From the NCBI RefSeq assembly GCF_006345805.1, contig NW_021824550.1, positions 1-17,975 of the forward strand: 17,975 nucleotides of DNA, given 5' to 3'. Below, piece after piece: positions 1 to 9,044 of this stretch. How positions within the stretch are numbered: the first letter of the stretch is position 1; each line of letters starts with the position of its first letter. Made by a program: the position numbers and the translations under genes. Under the pieces are notes generated by a model, which saw nothing but the letters and a program-made list of their open reading frames with translations, did no database searches and had not been told where the DNA came from. This DNA comes from Octopus sinensis (lineage: Eukaryota).

Positions 1-207
1 TCCGAAGAACTGGACATATCCTGTTTCGCTCTTTCTGCTTTTCTCTTGTCAAAGAAAATATTTCTCCAGCGTTTGCTATTTTACCCTCGTCCTAGTCTAA
101 CGACCCTCTATGTTTGTTTTCCGTCGTTTTCCTTGTATGTTTCCACTGTCCTGTTTTTGTTCCCAACTTTGACCCCTCCATAAATCCCAAATTCTATTTC
201 GGTACTT

Positions 208-614
208 ATACTCTTTTCCTCTTTTACTTGTTTCAGTCATTTGACTGCGGCCATGCTGGAGCACCACCTTTAGTCGAGCAAATCGATCCCGGGACTTATT
301 CTTTGTAAGCCCAGCACTTATTCTATCGGTTTTCTTTTGCCGAACCGCTAAGTGACGGGGATGTAAACACACCAGCATCGGTTGTCAAGCAATGCTAGGG
401 GGACAAACACAGACACACAAACATACACACGCATATATATATATACATATATACAACAGGCATCTTTCAGTTTCTGTCTACCAAATCCACTCACAAGGCA
501 TTGGTTGGCCTGGGGCTATAGCAGAAGACACTTGCCCAAGATGCCACGCAGTGGGACTGAACCCGGCACCATGTGGTTGGTTAGCAAGCCACTTAACACA
601 CCGCAACTCCTGCA
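208..614 (-). mobile_element. tRNA-derived SINE, family A, full length (tRNA-like head + (TA)n + 3' module)
   Basis: Minus strand reads TGCAGGAGTTGCGGTGTG...GGGTTCAGTCCC (A/B-box-like), then ATCTTGGGCAAGTGTC (CORE-like motif), a TA/CA tract and the ~190-bp 3' module ending AAACAAGTAAAAGAG. Same architecture at 2244-2599 and 8164-8550. Confidence 0.9.
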
Positions 615-637
615 TTCATATATACATACATATATAT

Positions 638-800
638 GACGGGCTTCTTTCAGTTTCCGTCTATCAAATCCACTCACAAGGCATTGGTCGGCCCGGGGCT
701 ATAGCAGAAGACACTTGCCCAAGGTGCCACGCAGTGGGACTGAACCCGGAACCATGTGGTTGGTTAGCAAGCTACTTACCACACAGCCACTCCCGCGCCT
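638..800 (-). mobile_element. SINE family A head, tandem to the previous copy
   Basis: Reverse complement of 8164-8325 at high identity; separated from the 208-614 copy only by a TA/TACA tract. Confidence 0.9.
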
Positions 801-814
801 TATGGGAGCAACAG

Positions 815-1100
815 TCTTCAAAAACTCATACTGTCATTCAATGCTCGAAATGAGGAGTAGATAGACAGCCGACAACTGATGAGGGGTCATTTTGGGGGTT
901 ACTTGTTCTGTTTTCCATTTGTTTCTCTCATTGTTTGCATATAGAACTTATTTGTTTTCGTATTTCATGTTGTTTACTGTTGGTGACGTCCTGACCCTAT
1001 ATATGCATGTCTCACGTATTTATTGCTGAAGAGGGGAAAATTCTTATGAATTAACCCTGAAATTGGGACCAATACGGTAATAACGGAATTTTAGAAATTT
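815..1100 (+). mobile_element. Probable Penelope-like element terminal-repeat relic
   Basis: Contains CTGATGAGGGG (876) and a complete hammerhead fold (1020-1080). Penelope-like elements are known to carry type I hammerheads in their terminal repeats. Boundaries approximate; no Penelope ORF visible. Confidence 0.45.
1020..1080 (+). ncRNA. Candidate type I hammerhead ribozyme
   Basis: Core CTGAAGA 1026-1032; stem II GGGG 1033-1036 / CCCT 1055-1058 with inner AATTC-TTAT-GAATT hairpin; GAAA 1059-1062; stem III ATTGG / CCAAT; cleavage triplet ATA 1072-1074; stem I TTATTG 1020-1025 / CGGTAA 1075-1080 (two G-U pairs). Confidence 0.65.
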
Positions 1101-1329
1101 CTATCGGTTTGTTTCGAGATGCATAAATTATAATGGTTATTGAAAATTTTTGTCGTTTTTTCGGCATATCTGGCATTAGAATTTTTCTTTTGCCCTTATT
1201 TTGTAAATTAGTTATAAATTTAACCTTTAAAGGTATTTTTTGATTTGCTGGCCATTGATAAAAAATTTTTCCCGCAAAAAAAACAAAAAAATTTATCCTA
1301 CATTAGTTATATATGCATATGTATATATA

Positions 1330-1630
1330 TTGTTTGTTCCTTCTTGATCCATGCCTGGCTCATATGGGCCAGTTTCCCGGTTTCCTTGGCATATAGGTTC
1401 CCCAACTGGACGGGACACCGGTCCGTCACAGGTGAGCTGCAAGATGCAGGAGGAAAGAGTGAGAGAAAGTTGTGGCAAAAGAGTCAGCAGAAGTTTCGCC
1501 ATTACCTTCTGCCGGAGCCGCGTGGAGCTTAGGTGTTTCGCTCAAAAACACACACATCGCCCGGTCTGAGATTCGAACCTGCGATCCCTCGACCGTGAGT
1601 CTGCTGCTCTAACCACTAGGCCATGTGCCT
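1330..1630 (-). mobile_element. tRNA-derived SINE, family D, full length, V-domain-like centre
   Basis: Minus strand AGGCACATGGCCTAGTGGTTAGAGC (A box) ... GGTTCGAATCTC (B box), then CACCTGTGACGGACCGGTGTCCCGTCCAG resembling the V-SINE domain (recalled), and a short AAC-rich tail. Confidence 0.85.
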
Positions 1631-1636
1631 TCACAA

Positions 1637-1810
1637 TGTTTCTTCTTGAGCCATGCCTGGCTCATAAGGGCCAGTTTCCCGGTTTCCTTGGCGGATAGGT
1701 TCCCCACCTGGACGGGACGCCGGTCCATCGCAGGTGAGCTGCAAGATGCAGGAGGAAAGAGTGAGAGAAAGTTGTGGCAAAAGAGTCAGCAGAAGTTCAC
1801 CATTACCTTC
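1637..1810 (-). mobile_element. SINE family D, 5'-truncated second copy
   Basis: Direct repeat of ~1333-1509 immediately adjacent, with scattered substitutions. Confidence 0.85.
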
Positions 1811-1934
1811 GGATCGATGGTCTGAAAAACCGAAATGGTTATTATTTATCCTTTTTGCTTTCTGTTCAATTTCAACTTTTATTCTCCTGGGATCAATGAA
1901 ATGAGGCACAACTTAATGCACTCAAGTCATATAC

Positions 1935-2186
1935 ATACACACATAAAGACCCCCTTCGGTCATGAATGACCATGGGATTGCACCTAGAAAGTTACCCTCC
2001 TAGACACAAGTCCGGGCAAGGTTGTTTATGGAAGACCAGCAGTCGCCCATGCATACCAGCCTCCCCTCTCCACGCCACCAGTGTTATCCAAGTGAAAGAC
2101 AAAGGTCGATACAGCTTGGCACCTGTGACGTCGCAACTTATTTCTACAGCTGAGTGAACTGGAGCAACGTGAAAATAAAGTGCCTT
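1935..2186 (-). mobile_element. 5'-truncated SINE-type repeat (family E)
   Basis: Recognised from memory as an abundant octopus SINE body (GCAACTTATTTCTACAGCTGAGTGAACTGGAGCAACGTG); single copy in this window, tRNA head absent. Confidence 0.5.
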
Positions 2187-2207
2187 TAAACATATATATA
2201 TATAAGG

Positions 2208-2243
<36 letters not shown>

Positions 2244-2244
<1 letters not shown>

Positions 2245-2599
2245 TGGTTCTGGGTTCACTCCCACTGTGTGGGACCTTGGGCAAGTGTCTTCTACTATAG
2301 CCTCAGGCCGACCAAAGCCTTGTGAATGGATTTGGTAGACGGAAACTGAAAGAAGCCCGTCGTATATATGTATATATATATATGTGTGTGTATGTATATG
2401 TTTGTGTGTCTGTGTTTGTCCCTCGAGCATTGCTTGACAACCGATGCTGGTGTGTTTACGTCCCTGTAACTTAGCGGTTTGGCAAAGGAGACCGATAGAA
2501 TAAGTACTGGGCTTACAAAGAATAAATCCTGGGGTCGATTTCCTCGGCTAAAGGCGTTGCTCCAGCATGGCCACAGTCACATGACTGAAACAAGTAAAA
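2244..2599 (+). mobile_element. SINE family A, 5'-truncated, with (TA)n and 3' module
   Basis: Matches 8205-8550; starts directly after a (TA)n tract (2192-2242). Confidence 0.9.
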
Positions 2600-2798
2600 C
2601 ATTTCTTCACACTCAGAGTTGCTGAAGCATGGAACAAACTGCCTGCGTCAGTTGTTGACTGCCATGACACTGCATCCTTTAAGGCCCTCATGCTTTCCGA
2701 AATCCGCCGAAACTACACCTGATTATATATACACTTTAGATGAGTCATAGTGCACCTGATCACTGTACACAATGTTCTTATTGTTGTTATTGTTGTTA
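2597..2798 (+). mobile_element. CR1-like LINE 3' fragment, short-UTR subfamily B
   Basis: Encodes KHFFTLRVAEAWNKLPASVVDCHDTASFKALMLSEIRRNYT*; ends GTGCACCTGATCACTGTACACAAT + (TTG/TTA) tail; near-identical to 10475-10660. Confidence 0.9.
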
Positions 2799-2944
2799 TA
2801 TATGTATTTACAGACACACACACACAATATACATCCGGTTGAGTATCATATGTGTAATGTGTATATTTTATACATGTTCTACATGTATGTTTAACATGTA
2901 GAACACCCAGAGATAGTTTTTCCTTTCAACCAGTTACTAACATA

Positions 2945-2993
2945 TCTCTCTTTCTCTTCTCTCTCTCTATATATATACATATACATATATACA

Positions 2994-3057
<64 letters not shown>

Positions 3058-3125
3058 ATATTTATATACATATCTATATCTCTCTCTCTATATATATATA
3101 TACATATACATACATACATATATAT
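2945..3125. repeat. Compound (CT)n/(TA)n/(TACA)n microsatellite
   Basis: Directly visible. Confidence 0.95.
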
Positions 3126-3129
3126 ACAA

Positions 3130-3330
3130 AATGTGACCTTGTGTGTACCGTTGGCGATTTTTTTCCCGTGTTCCTTCCTTCTTGATCTTTCCTTCTCCTA
3201 TGTTTCCGACGAAGAGCTCCGCTTGAAACGTTAACCTTCCTTCTTCCTTCTTTCCTGAGCGTCCAATAAACTCTATTTGTTACACATCCTCACGTGTTGT
3301 GTTTTTTTGTGCTTCATGTTTGGATTAACT
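3130..3330 (+). mobile_element. Probable Penelope-like terminal-repeat relic with degenerate minimal hammerhead
   Basis: CCGACGA-A-GAGC-TCC-GCTT-GAAACGTT (3206-3232) mirrors the CUGANGA-stem II-GAAACGUH motif of Penelope-associated minimal hammerheads, in pyrimidine-rich context. Confidence 0.45.
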
Positions 3331-3363
<33 letters not shown>

Positions 3364-3393
3364 TACATACATATACATACATACATACATACA

Positions 3394-3490
<97 letters not shown>

Positions 3491-3503
3491 GTATATATAA
3501 TAG

Positions 3504-3536
<33 letters not shown>

Positions 3537-3564
3537 ATGTATATATATATATATATATATATAG

Positions 3565-3601
<37 letters not shown>

Positions 3602-3602
3602 G

Positions 3603-3640
<38 letters not shown>

Positions 3641-3655
3641 TTATTTATCTTATAT
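3330..3655. repeat. Long interrupted (TA)n microsatellite (~320 bp)
   Basis: Directly visible; source of the Y/I-rich ORFs 3473-3824. Confidence 0.97.
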
Positions 3656-3764
3656 AAAGGGCACACTTACACATAGATGCCTCACACTAGGAGGGACTCT
3701 TAAAGTCAAAACTACTAAAATAAATAAACACATCGTACCGAAACCGATTCTCGAATCAGGTCAT

Positions 3765-4047
3765 GTTTGTAAGATATTTGTTGGGTTTTTTTCTTCAATT
3801 TCTGCAATTTCAACCAATCAATGACGTCTATTGAGGTAAAAAAATACATTCTGTGCCGTATGAATATGTCCCTCGTTTAAGAAACATTGGGTTTATTTTG
3901 ATTTCTGAAGAAAAAAAAGATATCCTTCCCCCACCCCTAACCCTAAAACAGATTGAAATGCAATAGATCAATACTAAGGTCATAATTATGGGTGACAATT
4001 TCATAGGACACCGCTAGAAAAAACTGCCGTTCAAACCGAAAAGATCC
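3765..4047 (+). mobile_element. GGATC-TIR non-autonomous DNA transposon, left end missing
   Basis: Colinear with ~7515-7798; ends in TIR AAAAACTGCCGTTCAAACCGAAAAGATCC. Confidence 0.85.
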
Positions 4048-4104
4048 AAGAATCTTGTAAACCAAATTCAAAAACGAAAGTGAAGTCTTTTGCTGAAGAA
4101 TACA

Positions 4105-4175
4105 GAGCATTGCACGGTTCAGGAATCGAAACCACGTCCTTGCGATAGTGTGTGTAGCATCCAAACTACTTGGCC
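4105..4175 (-). mobile_element. Degenerate tRNA-like SINE head
   Basis: Minus strand GGCCAAGTAGTTTGG...GGTTTCGATTCCTGAACCG, A/B-box-like and similar in layout to the family D head. Confidence 0.5.
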
Positions 4176-4232
4176 GTGTGTCTAGTAGTTAGATTGGTTG
4201 CTCCAAGTACACCATAGCTTCGCCCGTGTCAA

Positions 4233-4583
4233 GATCAGTTCAAATTCCGCCGAGGTCGACTTTGTCTTTCATCCTTTCGGGGTCGATTAAATAAGTACCA
4301 GTTACGCACTGGGGTCGATATAATCGACTTAATCCCTTTGTCTGTCCTTGTTTGTCTCCCCTGTGTTTAGCCCCTTGTGGGTAGTAAAGAAATAGGTATT
4401 TCGTCTGCCGTTACGTTCTGAGTTCAAATTCCGCCGAGGTCGACTTTGTCTTTCATCTTTTCTGGGTCGTTAAATTAAGTACCAATTATGCACTGAGGTC
4501 GATGTAATCGACTTAATCCGTTTGTCTGTCCTTGTTTGTCCGCTCTGTGTTTAGCCCTTTCTGGGTAATAAAGAAATAGGTAT
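4233..4583 (+). mobile_element. SINE family C, dimer of ~183-bp unit
   Basis: Two tandem units (junction 4394/4395) containing GAGTTCAAATTCCGCCGAGGTCGACTTTGTCTTTCATCC; central motif resembles the Meta/MESC SINE domain (recalled). Confidence 0.9.
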
Positions 4584-4677
4584 ACAGTAGTAAAGCGTAT
4601 AAAAGCAGTGACAAACACGCATTCAGCAAGAGTTGCTTCCCTTATACCACAAATTACGCTAGTATATTTTAGCGTTA

Positions 4678-5436
4678 TCTCTCTCTATATATATAGCTGA
4701 AGTTGTGTGTGTATAGCAGGTTTGGTAGCCTTCAACTAACACTATTTCCTCCAAGACCCTGCGGCGCAAGTTGACCAAAATTGAGAGTATGATAGAAGAA
4801 GGCTTGCTCTTCCTTCCGTTGAAGATAAAATTCAAATAGGACCATGTTAACCACAAAAATTATCTACATCAAATAGGTGCTTTTCTCTATGAAAATCCCT
4901 ATTTTTTTACGATTTATAAAGCTGAAGTTGTCTGTGTGTGGCAGGTTTGGTAGCCTTCAACTAACCCTATCTCCTCTGAGACCCTGTGGCGCAAATTGAC
5001 CAAAATTGAGAGTATGATAGAAGAAGGCTTGCTCTTCCTTCTGTAGAAGAAAAAAATTCTTTTATGATGAATTTACTGGTGCTGGTGGCACATAAAAAGC
5101 ACCCTAGCACTTCTGGGAGTTTATTCTCAGGCACTTGAGGTGACCAACAACAACAATGACAACCACATGATGCTTTGCTTGTATCAATACTTACAACGTA
5201 GGGCCATGTTAACACTAAAAATTATTTACATCAAAAAGGTGCTTTTTTTTTCTATGAAAATCCCTATTTTTTAACGATTTTTTCACTGCTGTGTCGCCAA
5301 TTTTCGGTGTATTTCAACCAGAAAAATGTTCACTTAAAGAGAATAACAAGCTACATAATGCAAAATATTTACTTTTCAAAAATTCCAATTCTAAAGGGTC
5401 GAAACAAACCCGAGCAACACCGGGCGATACCGCTAG
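4678..5436 (+). mobile_element. Non-autonomous Helitron with duplicated 5' segment
   Basis: 5' A|TCTCTCTCTATATATATAGCTGAAG; 3' hairpin CCCG-AGCAACA-CCGGG followed by CTAG|T at 5433-5437; 4691-4915 repeated at 4916-5280. Confidence 0.75.
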
Positions 5437-5477
5437 TAAATTATGAAAGTGTTATATTTACTTTTAGAACGATAATA

Positions 5478-6063
5478 TATTTCTTTACTACCCACAAGGG
5501 GCTAAACATAGAGAGGACAAAGAAGGACAGACAAACGGATTAAATCGATTACATCAACTCCAGTGCGTAACTGGTACTTTATTTATCGACCCCGAAAGGA
5601 TGAAAGGCAAAGGCGACCTCGCGGAATTTGAACTCAGAATGTAACGGCAGACGAAATACCTATTTCTTTACTACCCACAAGGGGCTAAACACAGAGGGGA
5701 AAAACAAAGACAGACATAGGTATTAAGTCGATTACATCGACTCCAGTGCGTAACTGGTACTTAATTTATCGACCCCGAAAGGATGAAAGGCAAAGTCGAC
5801 CTCGGCGAAATTTGAACTCACAACGTAACGGCAGACGAAATACCTATTTCTTTACTACCCACAAGGGGCTAAACATAGAGGGGACAAACAAGGACAGACA
5901 TAGGTATTAAGTCGATCACATCAACACCAGTGCGTAACTGGTACTTAATTTATCGACCCCGAAAGGATGAAAGGCAAAGTCGACCTCGGCGGAATTTGAA
6001 CTCACAACGTAGCGGCTAAGCACTTCGCCCGGCGCGCTAACGATTCTGCCGGCTCAGCGGCTT
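5478..6063 (-). mobile_element. SINE family C: tRNA-like head plus three tandem units
   Basis: Unit starts at 5478, 5661, 5845 (period 183-184); head reads GCCGCTGAGCCGGCAGAATCGTTAGC...GAGTTCAAATTCC on the minus strand. Confidence 0.9.
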
Positions 6064-6334
6064 AAATAACGGTTATCTCCCTTCCTCCACTTTGTCTCGC
6101 TGCATAAATTATGTTTATTATCAATAATTCTGTTACAACTAGACTTCATATCTACATTATTGAATTCAGAAAATTCTATTATCAATAATAACAAAGGGTA
6201 AAATTAATTAATTAACTAGTAATCAATAATTTCACCCAGTAAATCAATAATTTCCCCCTAGCAATCTGGCTAACCCTAACCCTACGATCCAAGGTAGCAT
6301 AGCAGGCCGTCTGCGAGCCATAAACTTGCTTCAT

Positions 6335-6417
6335 TTCGTGAGGTCTTCGCAGTCACAGCATATCTCCAGAAGTCTCGGTCGTTCGTCTGTGAGGTCCAAC
6401 ATTCGAAGTTCATGCTT
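6335..6417 (-). mobile_element. RTE-like LINE C-terminal fragment
   Basis: Minus strand gives KHELRML and DRDFWRYAV (DRxxWR motif typical of RTE-clade C-termini); 6398-6415 is the reverse complement of 13810-13827 with one mismatch. Confidence 0.55.
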
Positions 6418-6431
6418 CTGGGAGGAAATTT

Positions 6432-7314
6432 AGATCTTTTCCTTTTGAACGGCAGACGTCAACACAATTTCTAGTTCACTAAACACTTTTAAACTTCGTA
6501 TACTGGTAGAATGTGTCAAAATAAAACATTTTTTCTCTTGACTTTATTGAGAAAATTCTATAGTTTGTAGGATATTTGATGTTTTTTCTTCTTCAATTTC
6601 TGCAATTTCAACCAATCAGTGACGTCTATTGAGGTAAAGAACAGTCTGTGCCGTATGAATATGTCCCTCGTTTGGATCTTTTCGGTTTGAACGGCAGTTT
6701 TTTACAGTTTTTAAATAATTTCCACTAACTAAACACTTTTAAACTTCGTATATGTAGAATGTGTTATAAAACATCTTTTTCTCTTGGCTTTATTGAGAAA
6801 ATTCTATAGTTTGTAAGATATTTCGTCTGAAAATCCGAGCATTTCGGCAATTTTAACAATCGTTACCTCCATTCAACTTAAATCATTTGCTGCGTCTAAA
6901 ACTGAGACAACATCCTGTAACTAACCCTAAACCTCCCCCCTAACCCTAACCCTAACCCTAAATTTTTTTTCTTAATTGTTAAATTAATTTAATTCCATTG
7001 CTTACTTTTTTTACACGCGTAAAAAATTAATTTAACAATTAAGAAAAAAAATACTTTAGGGTTAGAGGGAGGTTTTAGGGTTAGTTACAGGATGTTGTCT
7101 CAGTTTTAGACGCAGCAAATGATTTTAGCTCAAAAGAGAGCATAGGATTGGTTAAAATTTGAAAAATTAAACTATGTTAACAAAAACAAATTACACATTT
7201 TCTCAAGAAAGCCAAGAGAAAAAAATGTTTTATTTTGACACATTCTACCAGTATACGAAGTTTTAAAGTGTTTAGTTAACTAGAAATTGTCTGCCGTTCA
7301 AAAGGAAAAGATCC
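6432..7314. mobile_element. Foldback/TIR element of the GGATC family with ~130-bp inverted arms and 8-bp TSD
   Basis: Arms ~6432-6570 and ~7195-7314 are inverted; GGAAATTT directly repeated at 6424-6431 and 7315-7322; contains a second left end (6674-6826) and an inner palindrome. Confidence 0.85.
6880..7125. repeat. Inverted repeat, ~105-bp arms with TAACCC/GGGTTA units, ~33-bp spacer
   Basis: 6880-6990 is the reverse complement of 7024-7125 with small indels; (TAACCC)3 at 6941-6958. Confidence 0.9.
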
Positions 7315-7384
7315 GGAAATTTTATTCATACATGTGAAGAGAAGGCCAAATTGCTAGAGGAGGCATGGTAGTACAAAGGTTAAG

Positions 7385-7798
7385 GGATCTTTTCGGTTTG
7401 AACGGCAGTTTTTTTAAAGATAATTTCCACGTAACTAAACACTTAAACTTCGTATACTGGTAGAATGTGTTCATAAAACATCTTTTTCTCTCGGCTTTAT
7501 TGAAAATTTCTATAGTTGTAAGATATTTGTTGTTTTTTTCTTCAATTTCTGTCATTTCAACAATCAATGAACGTCTATTGAGGTAAAAAAAAACATTCTG
7601 TGCCGTATGAATATGTCCCTCGTTTAAGAAACAGATTGGGTTTATTTACATTTGTGAAGAAAAAAGATACCCTTCCCCCCACCCCTAACCCTAAAACAGA
7701 TTGAAATGCAATAGATTGATACTAGGGTCATAATTATGGGTGACAATTTCAAATGACACTGCTAGAAAAAAACTGTGCCGTTCAAACCGAAGAGATGG
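7385..7798 (+). mobile_element. GGATC-TIR non-autonomous DNA transposon, full length (~414 bp)
   Basis: Left TIR GGATCTTTTCGGTTTGAACGGCAG; right TIR TGCCGTTCAAACCGAAGAGAT; flanks AGGTTAAG (7377-7384) and GGGTTAAG (7799-7806), a 7/8 target duplication. Confidence 0.85.
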
Positions 7799-7977
7799 GG
7801 GTTAAGAACCACTGCATACATTTACCCCTACCACTCTTTCCCTCAACACTTGCACCCTTATCACACCTGTGACATACCCTTATCACCTTGAATTAACAAC
7901 TAAACTTTATCAACCAGGTAGTAAGGTCACCTGCTACAACAGTGACCGTGCACGTGTGTGTAAGTGTGTCTGAGAGG

Positions 7978-8010
7978 GTCGAGTTCATATCTTTAAGATA
8001 TGAACTCGAC
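7978..8010. repeat. Perfect 16-bp inverted repeat with 1-nt spacer
   Basis: GTCGAGTTCATATCTT-T-AAGATATGAACTCGAC. Confidence 0.95.
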
Positions 8011-8163
8011 AGGTGGATTTATTTTTAAATATCTCAACAATAATGATTAGATACCACATGGACATGTTACATCAAGTTCCTTCTCTCACTCTCTTTCTCT
8101 CTCTCTCACCTAACTCTTCTACTATCACTCTTTCTCTCTCTCTCTCTCTCTCACACATATCAC

Positions 8164-8550
8164 ATGCAGGAGTGGCTGCGTGGTAAGTAGCTTGCTAACC
8201 AGCCACATGGTTCCGGGTTCAGTCCCACTGCGTGGCACCTTGGGTAAGTGTCTTCTGCTATAGCCCCGGGCCGACCAAAGCCTTGTGAGTGGATTTGGTA
8301 GACGGAAACTGAAAGAAGCCCATCGTATATATATATATATATAATATATATAGCGTGTGTGTGTTGTGTGTCTGTGTTGTTCCCAAGCATTGCTTGACAA
8401 CGGATGCTGTGGTTATGTCCCCGTTACTTTGCAGTTCGGCAAAAGAGACCGATAGAATGAGTACTGGGCTAACAAAAGAATAAGTCCCGGGGTCGAGTTG
8501 CTCGATTAAAGGTGGTGCTCCAGCATGACCGCATTTATGTTTACTCCAGT
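8164..8550 (+). mobile_element. SINE family A, full length
   Basis: ATGCAGGAGTGGCTGCGTGGTAAG (A-box-like), GGGTTCAGTCCC (B-box-like), ACCTTGGGTAAGTGTC, TA tract, 3' module; preceded by (CT)n. Confidence 0.9.
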
Positions 8551-8978
8551 ACAAATATATATATATATATATATATATATCAACAATCAAGGAACGGCCA
8601 TAATAGGCCATTCACCCACTAGAAATAACAGCCAAAGCTTCAACGCTAATAAAAGTCAATTCCGTAAACAGGAGAAAATTTAAAAAACATTTACCCTGTA
8701 ATTTCTTATACGGTGCACCGTTTCGTCTGCTGTTTAATGGTAAACTAACCTGATTAAATTAAATCAAGCCAATCTTCCATAGGCCCTCAGATTCTTCAGT
8801 AAGAAATAGCCACAAGTCGGAACAGATATTTACACGAGGCATTTCCGACCCTGCCAAGTTAATATCTGACCTAAAATATGACCTAAAATTTTCAAATCAT
8901 CGCACTCGCGCCAAATTTATCGGCAGCAAATAAATATAAGCCGTCAATTCCATTACGGAATTAACCAGAAAATTCATA

Positions 8979-9014
8979 ATTAATCAATATAGGGTGCACC
9001 CTATATTGATTAAT
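8979..9014. repeat. Perfect 36-bp palindrome, no spacer
   Basis: ATTAATCAATATAGGGTG|CACCCTATATTGATTAAT. Confidence 0.95.
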
Positions 9015-9044
9015 AAATATATATATATATATATATATATGTGC

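Noticed and set aside
1-200. Possible further Penelope-like end (CCGAAGA... then pyrimidine-rich)
   Set aside because: Truncated by the window edge, no GAAA core partner; family cannot be supported.
876-900. Hammerhead core start CTGATGAGGGG
   Set aside because: No closing stem II strand followed by GAAA downstream; cannot be folded into a ribozyme.
1555-1630. tRNA gene
   Set aside because: A and B boxes are present, but the sequence continues into a SINE body and I cannot close an acceptor stem; the same applies to the family A and C heads.
97-2430. Short ORFs of 60-153 aa
   Set aside because: They run through SINE bodies and microsatellites; the same peptides recur wherever the SINE recurs (e.g. 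8125-8611, 9499-10225).
2875-2905. 12-bp hairpin TGTTCTACATGT / ACATGTAGAACA
   Set aside because: Short and in low-complexity AT/CA sequence; no other support.
3473-3824. Y/I-rich ORFs
   Set aside because: Translation of (TA)n.
6941-6960. Telomere or chromosome-fusion scar
   Set aside because: Only about three TAACCC units, inside a transposon-associated inverted repeat; similar short runs occur in other repeats (3935-3944, 6271-6283, 7686-7693).
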